Shown one piece after another: positions 9,631 through 19,040 of a stretch of DNA of 50,384 bases. The DNA is from Pseudomonadota bacterium (lineage in GTDB: Bacteria; Pseudomonadota; Alphaproteobacteria; Micavibrionales; UBA2020). The DNA lies in the NCBI GenBank assembly GCA_043806835.1, contig JAZDGQ010000037.1, positions 1-50,384 of the forward strand, given 5' to 3'. Under the pieces are notes generated by a model. That model was not told the DNA's origin. It saw only the letters and a list, made by a program, of their open reading frames with translations, and made no database searches. How positions within the stretch are numbered: position 1 is the first letter of the stretch; each line of letters begins with the position of its first letter. Both the position numbers and the translations under genes were made by a program.

Positions 9631-10998
9631 TCAAGCTTTGACAATGTTGCTCCGGTCGGCGACGCCGGAAAGGACGTTCCGCGTATCGACGACCAGACGG
9701 GCGGAAGCGGCGAGCATGGCATAATCGATGCTGTCATGATGGGTGATAATCACCACCGCGTCCTGCGCCCTGACGAGATCCGGCATCAGCGCCGTCGACG
9801 TCATTCCCGCGAACGCCGCATGCTCCCGGGTGGGCGGGATGACATCGACGTAAGGATCATGGAAAATTACGGAAGCCTTGCGGCGCTTCAGCTGCTCCAT
9901 CACGGCGAAAGCGGGGCTTTCCCGGATATCGGCGATGTTTTTCTTGTACGCCATGCCGATGATGAGGATGCGCGCGCCGTTGAGCGACTTGGAAAACCGG
10001 TCGTCCAGAGCTTCGGACAGCTTGTTGACGACATAAGACGGCATGGCGACGTTGATTTCGCCGGCCAGCTCGATGAACCGCGTGGCGACGTTGAACTCGC
10101 GCGCCTTCCAGGTCAGGTAAAATGGGTCGATCGGGATGCAGTGCCCGCCGAGGCCGGGCCCCGGATAGAACGGCATGTAGCCGAACGGCTTCGTCTTGGC
10201 AGCCTCGATCACTTCCCAGATATCGATGCCCATCGCGTCGTAAATCACTTTCAGCTCGTTGACGAGAGCTATATTCACGGAACGAAAAATGTTTTCCGTC
10301 AGCTTCACCGCTTCCGCCGTTTCGGCGGAGGAGACCGCCACGGTTCTGGTCATGAACTGGTCGTACATTGTTCGGGCGAGCTTCAGCGCCTCCGGCCCGT
10401 CGCCGCCGACCACTTTCGGGATGATCGCGGTGTGATAGTCGGGATTGCCGGGATCCTCGCGTTCCGGCGAGAAGGCGAGGAAAAAATCCACGCCGGATTT
10501 CAGGCCGGTGGCCTCTTCGAGGATCGGGCGCACCACATCGCGCGTCGTTCCTGGATAAGAGGTCGATTCCAGAACGACCAACTGGCCGGGGCGGAGATGT
10601 GCGGCGACCGTTTTCGAGGTCTCGACGATATAGGTCATGTCCGGCTCGCGGTTCTTGTTGAGCGGCGTCGGCACGCACAGGATGATGGCATCCATCCCGG
10701 ACAGCAGATCGAACTGGCCGGTGGGCGTGAGCTTCCCGCCCTTCACGAAGGCGCTGATCTTGCCATTATGGATGTTGCCGAGATAGGACTCCCCGCGGGA
10801 AAGTTTTTCGATCTTCCCGGGATCGATATCGAAGCCGACGGTCTGAAACTCCTTGTCGCACATCGCGCAGACCAGCGGCAACCCCACATACCCGAGGCCG
10901 ATCACGCCGATCTTCGCCTTGCGGCTGACAAATCGGGCGCACAGCGCGTCCACGTCGACGGGAGCGGAGCGCGTAACTTTCAGTTTCTGGCCTGACAT
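9631..10998 (-). CDS. Nucleotide-sugar dehydrogenase (UDP-GlcNAc/ManNAc 6-dehydrogenase family)
   Basis: GLGYVGLP, CVPTP, ESTSYPG, SPEREDPG, GGHCIPIDP, DIRESP. Confidence 0.93.
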   Translation of the reverse strand: MSGQKLKVTRSAPVDVDALCARFVSRKAKIGVIGLGYVGLPLVCAMCDKEFQTVGFDIDPGKIEKLSRGESYLGNIHNGKISAFVKGGKLTPTGQFDLLSGMDAIILCVPTPLNKNREPDMTYIVETSKTVAAHLRPGQLVVLESTSYPGTTRDVVRPILEEATGLKSGVDFFLAFSPEREDPGNPDYHTAIIPKVVGGDGPEALKLARTMYDQFMTRTVAVSSAETAEAVKLTENIFRSVNIALVNELKVIYDAMGIDIWEVIEAAKTKPFGYMPFYPGPGLGGHCIPIDPFYLTWKAREFNVATRFIELAGEINVAMPSYVVNKLSEALDDRFSKSLNGARILIIGMAYKKNIADIRESPAFAVMEQLKRRKASVIFHDPYVDVIPPTREHAAFAGMTSTALMPDLVRAQDAVVIITHHDSIDYAMLAASARLVVDTRNVLSGVADRSNIVKA

Positions 10999-11495
10999 GA
11001 CGATTTTATCCCTTATCTTTTTGCAGAACAGCTATAGCACGCCCAAGGAAAACGGGCAAAGGAGATGACTCCTTTGCCCGTCCAACCTCTTCTTCCAATA
11101 GGGAAATCGGAAAGAAGAAATCTCTTCATGGCCTTTTCTGAAATAACCCTGCCGGCACGCCAAAAATTAAAAACACGCCCCCGGAACGGCCTTTGAAACA
11201 AGTGATCCAAGAATCAGCCAGCATCTGCAAATCGAAAGCATAGCTTAAGACCGCCCTCCTTTTTATCAAAGATGTTTTTGGGCGTCTTGCCGATGAAGCC
11301 CTGGATATTTTTCCATTGTTCACATTAAAAAACATAACATCAGGTATGATTAATTTTCATACATCATACGCACTCTGCAAGGCCTGTACTCCGCCATAGG
11401 TGGGCATTTATATGTATAAAACACACTGGAAAAAGCCCCGTTGTTTTCTTGGATTATGGGATCACAATGCAAATTGAGGTTGGCATGGGGTTGAG

Positions 11496-11718
11496 ATGAC
11501 GCAAAACAGGGGAAAAACGGGGTTACCGTCTGCGGGGACGCGTGGGTTTACCCTGGTTAAGGAACCACTGAACAAGTCTCAAAAAGCCTAAAACGTTCGC
11601 TGGAAACCCGCAGAAAACCTTGAGCCGAATAGACGAAACGGGACTTGTTCAGTGGTTCCTTAAGATAGCGCTTCGGGTCGACGACAGGCGCAACAACAAC
11701 CAGAAGAAAGGAATTTAA
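11496..11718 (+). pseudogene. Decayed duplicate of the downstream prepilin-type gene, interrupted by a MITE
   Basis: 11496-11558 translates MTQNRGKTGLPSAGTRGFTLV, colinear with MAHKEGKMGLPSVETRGFTLV of 11850..12641. After the element, a short frame IALRVDDRR... ends in TAA at 11716-11718. Confidence 0.75.
11561..11659. mobile_element. 99-bp non-autonomous IS5-family-like MITE
   Basis: Perfect 18-bp TIRs GGAACCACTGAACAAGTC (11561-11578) and GACTTGTTCAGTGGTTCC (11642-11659), flanked on both sides by TTAA (11557-11560, 11660-11663); no transposase. Confidence 0.85.
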
Positions 11719-11849
11719 TTTATGCAGGAAAAGTGGTAGCTTCCGACATGACGCTTCTGGCTGCATAGCCAGTGAAACTTAACCGGCGAGATTCTATCTT
11801 AACTCCGCCAGTTTCCTGTCCAGCTTAGGCAGGCCACCTCAGGGTTGTA

Positions 11850-12641
11850 ATGGCGCACAAAGAAGGAAAAATGGGGTTACCGTCTGTGGAGACACGCGGG
11901 TTTACCCTTGTTGAACTGGCTATCGTGCTCACGATCATAGGGATCCTGATTGGCGGTATCCTGAAAGGGCAACAGCTGCTGGAAAACGCAAGGGTTGTTG
12001 CAACCATGAAGCAGGTGCAGGGCATTCAGGCTGCAGAAATTATTTTCAGGGATACATATGGCCACTGGCCCGGGGACATGCCCACCGCCACTACGCGCCT
12101 TACAGGGTGCGCCGCGCCCCTGTGCTTCGACGGTGATAATGATGGAATCATCGGTCAGACGACCGGAATTCAGGACGGCTCAAACGAAGCCCTTGTGACA
12201 TCTCCGGAAGTGGAAACGCGCATGTTCTGGAAGCATCTTTCACTGGCAGGGCTGATAACGGGCGTTGACGGGGGAAGCGATCCCGCCGTTCCGAGGTGGG
12301 GGTCGACCCACCCCGTCGCCCCTATGGGGGGTGGTTTTTACGCTTCCTATCACAACGGCAGCATAGTCACCTCCCCCAATACCACCACCGCCGGAAATTA
12401 TATCGCCATCGAAGGGGTTCTCGACCCGGCGGTTTCAACCTATTTACCTGAAAAAACGGTCACATCCTCCGGCATCGCCCTCAGGATCGACGAGAAGATG
12501 GACGACGGTCACCCCAACACGGGAACCATCGTCGCTGAACATACGAACACGGGGTGCAAGGATGTTGACGGCCCCGCCCCCGGCGAATACACGACCCCGC
12601 CCGGCAAACATGCCTGCCTTTTTTATTTCTTCCTGCAATAG
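11850..12641 (+). CDS. Prepilin-type N-terminal cleavage/methylation domain protein
   Basis: RG|FTLVELAIVLTIIGILIGGIL class III signal; WPGD, GDNDG, FWKHL and IDEKMDDG motifs; C-terminal Cys pair. Confidence 0.9.
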   Translation: MAHKEGKMGLPSVETRGFTLVELAIVLTIIGILIGGILKGQQLLENARVVATMKQVQGIQAAEIIFRDTYGHWPGDMPTATTRLTGCAAPLCFDGDNDGIIGQTTGIQDGSNEALVTSPEVETRMFWKHLSLAGLITGVDGGSDPAVPRWGSTHPVAPMGGGFYASYHNGSIVTSPNTTTAGNYIAIEGVLDPAVSTYLPEKTVTSSGIALRIDEKMDDGHPNTGTIVAEHTNTGCKDVDGPAPGEYTTPPGKHACLFYFFLQ

Positions 12642-12712
12642 AGCGTGTCGTCAAACCTTGAAGCGCGGGGACGTTCGGAGATATACTGAACAAAGAACGG
12701 GGTGTCAATCTG

Positions 12713-13981
12713 GTGCGCGGAAGCCGCTTTCTCCTTTTATTTTTCATTTTACTGGCGACTTCCCCCGCTTATGCGGCGGATCAGGAGATGCTGCAGGTTG
12801 AGGGCATCCGCTACAGCGGGACGGGCGGGAAAAGCCGCATCGTGCTTGATCTCAACCGGAAAACGGATTTCAGGGCTTTCATGCTCGGCGACCCCTACCG
12901 TGTCGTGCTTGATCTCCCCAAGGCGAAATGGAAAACCTTCAAATCCCGGTTTATTTCGGACAGCATCGTTAAATCCTACCGCAGCGGGGAGCTGGACGGC
13001 GGGCTGACCCGCGTTATTTTCGACATAAGGAACCCGGCCGTCATCGAGAATATCTTCACGCTTGGCAAAGACGGCTTCAATAAGGACCGTCTGGTGATCG
13101 ATCTGGAACAGTCTTCCCTTCCTCTCTTTGACACCCGGAAAGGCCATGTTTTCGGCAACCGCCGTCTAAAGGGGGAGGGCGTCTCAGAAACGCTTCCCAA
13201 ATCGGAATACGGGGACGTTGAGAACGACATTGTCAAAGCATCCGTTCCGACGGTCACGCCCGCTCCCCTTCCCAGGCGGAAGCCGGAAAAATACACGATC
13301 GTCCTCGATCCGGGGCATGGCGGCGGAGACCCCGGCGCGGTCAGCCACGGCGTGAAGGAAAAGGCCATCACGCTGGCGGTGGCCATGGAACTGCGGCGCC
13401 AGCTTGAGGAAACGGGCAGCTACAGGGTCGTGCTGACGCGGGACGAGGACGTCTATGTCAGGCTCTATGAACGGGTGGATATTGCAAGGCGCATGAAAGG
13501 GGACCTGTTTATCTCCATTCACGCGGACAAGATCGACCGCGCGGGGGTGAAGGGGGTCTCCGTCTACACCCTGTCCGAAAAGGCGTCGGATGCGGAAACG
13601 GCAAGGCTGGCCGAAGATGAAAATAACTCAGGTTTCGTGGCGGGAGTCGATCTCGGTCAGGAAACCCAGGACGTGGCGGACATTCTCCTGGATCTGGCCA
13701 TGCGCGAAAAGACAAATGAATCAAATCTGTTCGCGCGGATGCTCACGCAGACGCTGGCGCGAAAAAATATCAAACTGTTGCCGAATTCACACAGATCCGC
13801 CGGATTCGCGGTTCTGAAGGCGCCGGACATTCCGTCGATACTGATCGAAACAGGGTTCATTTCCAATCCGAACGAGGCCAAATTGATGCGCTCGGCGCAG
13901 TTTCGACGAAAAATCGCAGACGCCATACTGGAGGGGATCAATGCTTATTTCCAAAAAATGCTGTCCCTTCAGAAGCCCTGA
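12713..13981 (+). CDS. amiC: N-acetylmuramoyl-L-alanine amidase (AMIN + Amidase_3)
   Basis: Signal peptide; DPYRVVLDL AMIN-like region; IVLDPGHGG, SIHAD, AGFAVLK, LIETGFISN. Confidence 0.92.
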   Translation: MRGSRFLLLFFILLATSPAYAADQEMLQVEGIRYSGTGGKSRIVLDLNRKTDFRAFMLGDPYRVVLDLPKAKWKTFKSRFISDSIVKSYRSGELDGGLTRVIFDIRNPAVIENIFTLGKDGFNKDRLVIDLEQSSLPLFDTRKGHVFGNRRLKGEGVSETLPKSEYGDVENDIVKASVPTVTPAPLPRRKPEKYTIVLDPGHGGGDPGAVSHGVKEKAITLAVAMELRRQLEETGSYRVVLTRDEDVYVRLYERVDIARRMKGDLFISIHADKIDRAGVKGVSVYTLSEKASDAETARLAEDENNSGFVAGVDLGQETQDVADILLDLAMREKTNESNLFARMLTQTLARKNIKLLPNSHRSAGFAVLKAPDIPSILIETGFISNPNEAKLMRSAQFRRKIADAILEGINAYFQKMLSLQKP

Positions 13982-14113
13982 ATACCCACAATTTTTCGAC
14001 GGGCTCATCTTTAGCCTATGGACTTGCGCGGGTTTCTGTAGTACATAAATCTAGTAGTTGCGTCGTACAATTGTCTCGTTTCAGGGACGTCTATCAGGAA
14101 GAGGATCATTACA

Positions 14114-14236
14114 ATGAAAAGTTTCACACTGGCGCTTTCCATGCTCGCAGCCCTGTCGCTTGCCGCATGCACAACCGGGAAACCGGTTGACTCCGCCAAA
14201 GCTGACACCACTTTCAGCAAGTCTTTGCACAAATAA
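14114..14236 (+). CDS. 40-aa lipoprotein with Lpp/OprI-like C-terminus
   Basis: Below the ORF-track cutoff. MKSFTLALSMLAALSLAAC TTGKPVDSAKADTTFSKSLHK*; lipobox LAAC; GAGGA Shine-Dalgarno 8 nt upstream; C-terminal Lys. Confidence 0.85.
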   Translation: MKSFTLALSMLAALSLAACTTGKPVDSAKADTTFSKSLHK

Positions 14237-14262
14237 TCTGAAGTCCGGAACCGGAAGAGGCC

Positions 14263-15405
14263 TTAGTTGTAGTTGAAGCCTCCCGGTTCCGGCTTTTTCT
14301 TTTCCGGTTCCGGCTTCCGGTCGATGATGACGGGGTAGCCGAGGCGCTCTTCGACGGCCTTCTCAACGATATCCCAGTCAATCCGCCCCTCGGGGATTCC
14401 GGCGGCGGCGATGATGGCTTTTTTGAGGGTGCCGCTCATGCCCTCGAGGGCATGAGATCCTCCGATTTCAATCTCGCCGCTCTGGGACCTTGACGGGTTG
14501 GCCTCCAGATAAACGTCATCGCCGACGCGCCCAACCAGGATCGGCTGATCGACCACGGTGACCTTGGTGCCGACAGGCACCTTGTTGAAAAGCTCGATGA
14601 TATCTTCCGGGTACATCCTCATGCAGCCGGAACTGACGCGGCGGCCAATGGCCCAGGGCTTGTTGGATCCGTGGATCAGGAAGGTCGGCCATCCCAGGTA
14701 GAGCGCGTGGGTGCCGAGGGGGTTGGAGGGGCCGGCCGGAACGGCAGCGGGAAGCCATGGTTTTTCCTCAAGCATCCGCTCGGTCGGGCGCCACACGGGG
14801 TCGGCGGTCTTGCGGATGACGGTCGTTTCCCCCGTCGGGGTCTGGAGCCCTTCACGCCCGATGCCGATGGGGAAGGTCACGGGGTCTTTTTCCGGGCCTT
14901 CAAAATAATACAGACGCATCTGCGCCAGGTTCACGACGATGCCTTCCTGCCGGGCGCGGGGCAGCAGCCTGAAGGAGGGAATGACAATCTGTTCGCCCGG
15001 CACTGGCGTCCAGGGATCGACTTTCGGATTCGCGGCGCGGATTTCAACGAACCCAAGCCTGAAATGGCGCGCCACGTCCAGCAGGGTGTCCTCTTCGCCG
15101 ACAGAATAGGTCTGCGGCTTTCCCAGAGCGATGCGGGCGCCAGGCGGGGATGAAGGCAGGGCGGCGGTTTCGCCCGCATCCGTTTCGGGAAGAGCCTTCT
15201 TTTCCGGAGCGTTGCCGTCCGCGACGGGGACGGGAGCGGGCGGTAAAGGGCGGGTTCGAGGAAGGACGATTTTTTCCGTCTTCGCCTCCATCTCCTTCTC
15301 CATCACCTGCGCCAGCGGAACAACGGAGGCAAAAGACACCGGGATGGAGACCGTCAGAAGGGCGGCAGCCAGAAGAGGGGGGACGGCGGGGTAAAGTCGG
15401 CGCAT
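14263..15405 (-). CDS. L,D-transpeptidase, ErfK/YbiS/YcfS type (LysM-like + YkuD)
   Basis: DTLLDVARHF..ANPKVDPW, IVVNLAQMRLYY, PIGIGR, GPSNPLG, IHGSN..IGRRVSSGCMRM; start placed at ATG 15405. Confidence 0.93.
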   Translation of the reverse strand: MRRLYPAVPPLLAAALLTVSIPVSFASVVPLAQVMEKEMEAKTEKIVLPRTRPLPPAPVPVADGNAPEKKALPETDAGETAALPSSPPGARIALGKPQTYSVGEEDTLLDVARHFRLGFVEIRAANPKVDPWTPVPGEQIVIPSFRLLPRARQEGIVVNLAQMRLYYFEGPEKDPVTFPIGIGREGLQTPTGETTVIRKTADPVWRPTERMLEEKPWLPAAVPAGPSNPLGTHALYLGWPTFLIHGSNKPWAIGRRVSSGCMRMYPEDIIELFNKVPVGTKVTVVDQPILVGRVGDDVYLEANPSRSQSGEIEIGGSHALEGMSGTLKKAIIAAAGIPEGRIDWDIVEKAVEERLGYPVIIDRKPEPEKKKPEPGGFNYN

Positions 15406-15476
15406 GAAGGTCTCTTTTTGTCTTTCGGTCGGCGGGGAATCTGCACGGAAACGGTTGGGGAAAAGGCTCAATAAAC

Positions 15477-15965
15477 CTATTCCTCCGCCTTATCCCCCTT
15501 TTCCTGCAGGTCGCCGCGTTTGTACCTGTCGATATCACGCTCCAGCATATTGAGTTCCTCGCAATCCATATGCCCGCAGGTCATGCGGATCACCTGCATC
15601 TGTTCGAGCGCCCGCGGCATGTCGCCTTTGTCCAGATACATCTCCGCGAGATAAGCGTTGGCGCCGAGATGCGCCGGATTGATCGTCAGGGCTTTTTTGA
15701 AATTTCTGGTGGCGTTGGCGGTTTCGCCGAGGCGGTAGTAGGCGTAGCCACGGTAAGTATAGGCATCCGCGTTGGCGGGATGGCGCGCCAGAACGTCGTT
15801 CGCTGTGTTCAGCGCCGCGCTGAACTGCCCTGCGGACAAAAGATATTCCGCCTTTGTAAGGCCGGAATCTTCCCGGAACGGGATATCCTTTTCCTCCGCG
15901 GCGGCGGACACATCCTGAAACATCAGGCTCAGGAAACAGAGCGCTAAAATAAGGATCTTCGTCAT
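15477..15965 (-). CDS. Secreted tetratricopeptide repeat protein
   Basis: Signal peptide; TPR motifs PANADAYTYRGYAYYRLG and PAHLGANAYLAEMY. Confidence 0.85.
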   Translation of the reverse strand: MTKILILALCFLSLMFQDVSAAAEEKDIPFREDSGLTKAEYLLSAGQFSAALNTANDVLARHPANADAYTYRGYAYYRLGETANATRNFKKALTINPAHLGANAYLAEMYLDKGDMPRALEQMQVIRMTCGHMDCEELNMLERDIDRYKRGDLQEKGDKAEE

Positions 15966-17323
15966 TCGATTGTCAGGATCAGGCAGTTGTCTTTCAATAT
16001 CCGGCAGACCTGCGTGGCGTCGTTGCGGGCAAGGCCGGACAGCCGTGCCCGGTAAACCATGCCGCGGCTGGTCATGAGCGGGGCAATGGACTCCATGCCG
16101 CTGTTTATGCCGCGCAGGCTCCTCTTGGCGGAACCCAGCGCCTTCATGCCGGCTTTATGGCTGGAAAAAGCGCCGACCTGAACGGCCCAGACGCCCTCTC
16201 CGGACGTTTCCTTCTGCTGATAGGCTCCCATGGAATCGATGTTGAGAGTGCGAGGCCGGAAAGCCGTTTCCATGCTTCCCTTTCCGTTATCGTCGCCGAT
16301 GTCCGTATCTCCCTGATCCATGACAAGACCCATGGCATCGAACTGGGGCGTCCGGGAACGTCCGGAGGCGTCCGCATCGGGGCTATCCGCTTCGGGAATG
16401 TCGGAAACGAAAGAGGGTCTGCGGCCAAGCAGGGGACTGTCCTTCCCTTCTCCGGAGAGGGAGGCCATGCGAATGTTGCCCGCGCCGGCAAATCCCCGGT
16501 CAAGCAGTTGCGTCATGGCGTTGTTACGGATTTCGGAGGTTCTGCCGCCGAAAACGACGCCGATCAGACGCGTGCCGTTACGAACGGCGGAGGAGGCAAG
16601 ATTATAGCCGGAGGCATAAACATAGCCGGTCTTGAGGCCGTCCATGCCCTGATAACTGCTCATCAGCTTATTGTGATTCCTGTAGATGCGGCCGTTATAG
16701 GTAAAAGAGTCCGTGCTGAAATAACGGTAATGCCGGGGGTAGTCATTAATCAGCGCCCGGGAAAGAATCGCCATGTCGTACGCGCTGCTCACCTGCGCCG
16801 GGTGAAAAAGGCCGGAAGCGTTGATGAAGCGGGTATTTTTCATGCCGAGTTGCCGCGCTTTCCTTGTCATCGCAAGGGCAAAGCCTTCCTCGGAGCCCTC
16901 GACAGCCTCCGCAAGCGCTACGGCGCAATCATTGGCGGATTTCGTGACGATGCCCAGAATCGCATCCTCGACGCGGAGGGTCTCTCCAGCCTCCAGACCC
17001 AGGGAGGAAGGCTCCTGCGCCGCCGCCCTCTTTGAAACGGAGAGGCGCCGGTTCTTGCTCAACCTTCCCCCTTCGATGGCCTCAAAAGTCAGGTAAAGCG
17101 TCATCATTTTGGTGAGGGAGGCTGGATACAGCCGTTTATCTGCATTCTTTCCGCTGAGCACGCGACCGGTCGAAGCGTCGATGACGATTTCGGCAAACCG
17201 GTCAGGCATCCGGCGGCTGGCGTTCTTTTTTCTATGGGCGGCCTCTGCGGAGCCTGCCCCCAGAGAGAGAATCAGAGCCGCAACCAGGAGAAAGACTGAA
17301 AACCGCTGCAGCTTCAAACGCAT
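15962..17323 (-). CDS. D-alanyl-D-alanine carboxypeptidase with C-terminal SPOR domain
   Basis: PASLTK (SxxK), SAND (SxN), KTG; WAVQVGAF and YRARL SPOR motifs. Confidence 0.92.
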   Translation of the reverse strand: MRLKLQRFSVFLLVAALILSLGAGSAEAAHRKKNASRRMPDRFAEIVIDASTGRVLSGKNADKRLYPASLTKMMTLYLTFEAIEGGRLSKNRRLSVSKRAAAQEPSSLGLEAGETLRVEDAILGIVTKSANDCAVALAEAVEGSEEGFALAMTRKARQLGMKNTRFINASGLFHPAQVSSAYDMAILSRALINDYPRHYRYFSTDSFTYNGRIYRNHNKLMSSYQGMDGLKTGYVYASGYNLASSAVRNGTRLIGVVFGGRTSEIRNNAMTQLLDRGFAGAGNIRMASLSGEGKDSPLLGRRPSFVSDIPEADSPDADASGRSRTPQFDAMGLVMDQGDTDIGDDNGKGSMETAFRPRTLNIDSMGAYQQKETSGEGVWAVQVGAFSSHKAGMKALGSAKRSLRGINSGMESIAPLMTSRGMVYRARLSGLARNDATQVCRILKDNCLILTIE

Positions 17324-17755
17324 CGCCCTTTCCCCGACTTCCTGGCACCCCAGCCAGCCCTCTACAAGTATGGTAGGCGTTCCCGCATTTTTTGTCCAGT
17401 CAGCTTTTCTAAAATTTGTCTAAAAAACATGGAGATACGAGGAATTTCCTGTAGCGTCTCCCGAACCGCTCTAACCACTGTTAACAAAAAAACAGTTGCC
17501 CTTCGAAAGAAGAGCGGCTCAACATCAACCCAATGGAGCCGGAATACCACCTTATTTTTTACGCCGCGTGTCCAAAATTATCTGACGACGCACACTCTAT
17601 TACTATCTTGGATTGCCAGACGCAACGCCTCTGTCCTGCGAACAAGGTCGATCCTGACATTCCGGAAACGCGCGACGTCTGATTCCAGTTTTTCGCGTAC
17701 AATCCGTCTTTATTTCCATCGATTCGATGCTATATTCCGGTTTGGAGGGCTTACC

Positions 17756-18322
17756 ATGAGTTGGACGGATGAGCGGATCGCTCTGTTAAAGAGGCTGTGG
17801 AAAGACGGCAAGAGCGCCGCCGAGATCGCCAAGACCCTTTCCAAAGGCGTGACGCGGAACGCCGTGATCGGCAAGGCGCACCGGATGGGGCTTTCAGGAC
17901 GACCCTCGCCGATAAAAAAACCTGCTTCGGTATCTGAAAAAAAATCCGCCAAGGCTCCCGAAAAAGAAATAAGGGAAATCAGGAAGCCTGTCGCGACCCC
18001 TGCGCCCTCTGTGGCTTCCGGCAAAGGGAGGCATGCCCCTCCTACCAGAGAGGAGGCGAAACCGGAAAAACTTGAAAAAGGAGATCTCCCGCCGGGCGGC
18101 GGCGTTGCGCTGATCGATCTGACCGAGCGCATGTGCAAGTGGCCCATCGGCGATCCGCGCGAGGATGATTTCACTTTCTGCGGACACGGCATCAGCGGCG
18201 GAACACCATACTGCCAGAGACATGCCGCGATGGCATACCAGTCCTCCGGACGGAGCCGCGCCCCGGCGGCGGAAGAAAAAGTGGTCGAGGAGAACGCCGA
18301 CGACGACGAGGTCGTTACCTGA
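17756..18322 (+). CDS. gcrA: GcrA cell-cycle regulator
   Basis: MSWTDERIALLKRLW..VTRNAVIGKAHRMGL; CKWPIGDP..FCG..YC..H; GGAGG SD before ATG 17756. Confidence 0.95.
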   Translation: MSWTDERIALLKRLWKDGKSAAEIAKTLSKGVTRNAVIGKAHRMGLSGRPSPIKKPASVSEKKSAKAPEKEIREIRKPVATPAPSVASGKGRHAPPTREEAKPEKLEKGDLPPGGGVALIDLTERMCKWPIGDPREDDFTFCGHGISGGTPYCQRHAAMAYQSSGRSRAPAAEEKVVEENADDDEVVT

Positions 18323-19040
18323 TCCCCTTTTTCCCGGAAAGAATTCGATTTGTTTCGGCCAGCGCCTCCGGGGTGCCGACGTGGTGCCACGCGCCGTCAT
18401 GCCGCAACCCGCGAAGTCTTCCGTTTCGTTCCGCCTTGTGGAACAGTTCCAGAAACGGGAACGTTCCATCCGGCGCATCAGCGAACAGGCGCTGGTGAAC
18501 GATGCGCGGCCCTGCGAAAATATAGTTGGGAGTCTTGGTATTGTCCTTCCCCTTGGCGAAAACAGGACGGTCGGATCCTTCCGCCAGATAATAATCTCCC
18601 CTGCCCGTGCCCGAAGGGTGCAGCAGCAGCAGCAAATCCATTTCAGAGGAATCCCACTTGTCGGCGAGCGCCGTCAGCGTCGGTTTTTTTCCGTCCGTCC
18701 AGACTACATCGGCATTGAGCACATAGAACGGCGCATCGCCGAAGAACCCGATCATTTTTTTGACGCCGCCGCCGGTGTCGAGCAGTTCGGTTTCGCTGGA
18801 AATGGTTATCTTCGGGGATTTTCGCGGGCGGAGATGTTCCTCGATCATGGAGGCGAGGTAAAAAGTGTTCACCACCGCTTCCCCGACGCCGGCTTCGGCC
18901 AGCGCGTCGAGCGCGCGGTCCAGCATCGTCTTTCCCCCGACCGTAAGCAGCGGCTTCGGGCAGTCGTTCGTAAGCGGACGCATGCGCTCGCCCAGACCTG
19001 CGGCCAGAACGAATGCTTTTTCGGGCGGTGATGTCGTCAT
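18315..19040 (-). CDS. murU: Nucleotidyltransferase (MurU-like)
   Basis: LAAGLGERMRPLT..PKPLL, LDTGGG, WHHVGTP; ATG 19040 overlaps the tsaE stop. Confidence 0.8.
   Translation of the reverse strand: MTTSPPEKAFVLAAGLGERMRPLTNDCPKPLLTVGGKTMLDRALDALAEAGVGEAVVNTFYLASMIEEHLRPRKSPKITISSETELLDTGGGVKKMIGFFGDAPFYVLNADVVWTDGKKPTLTALADKWDSSEMDLLLLLHPSGTGRGDYYLAEGSDRPVFAKGKDNTKTPNYIFAGPRIVHQRLFADAPDGTFPFLELFHKAERNGRLRGLRHDGAWHHVGTPEALAETNRILSGKKGIR

Noticed and set aside
11013-11335. Short ORFs in the AT-rich gap upstream of the pilin remnant
   Set aside because: No motifs, no clear SD and mutually overlapping; probably non-coding.
17471-17485. CtrA-like site CTAA-N6-TTAAC between the carboxypeptidase gene and gcrA
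   Set aside because: Wrong spacing and a mismatched half-site; only a half-site is supportable.
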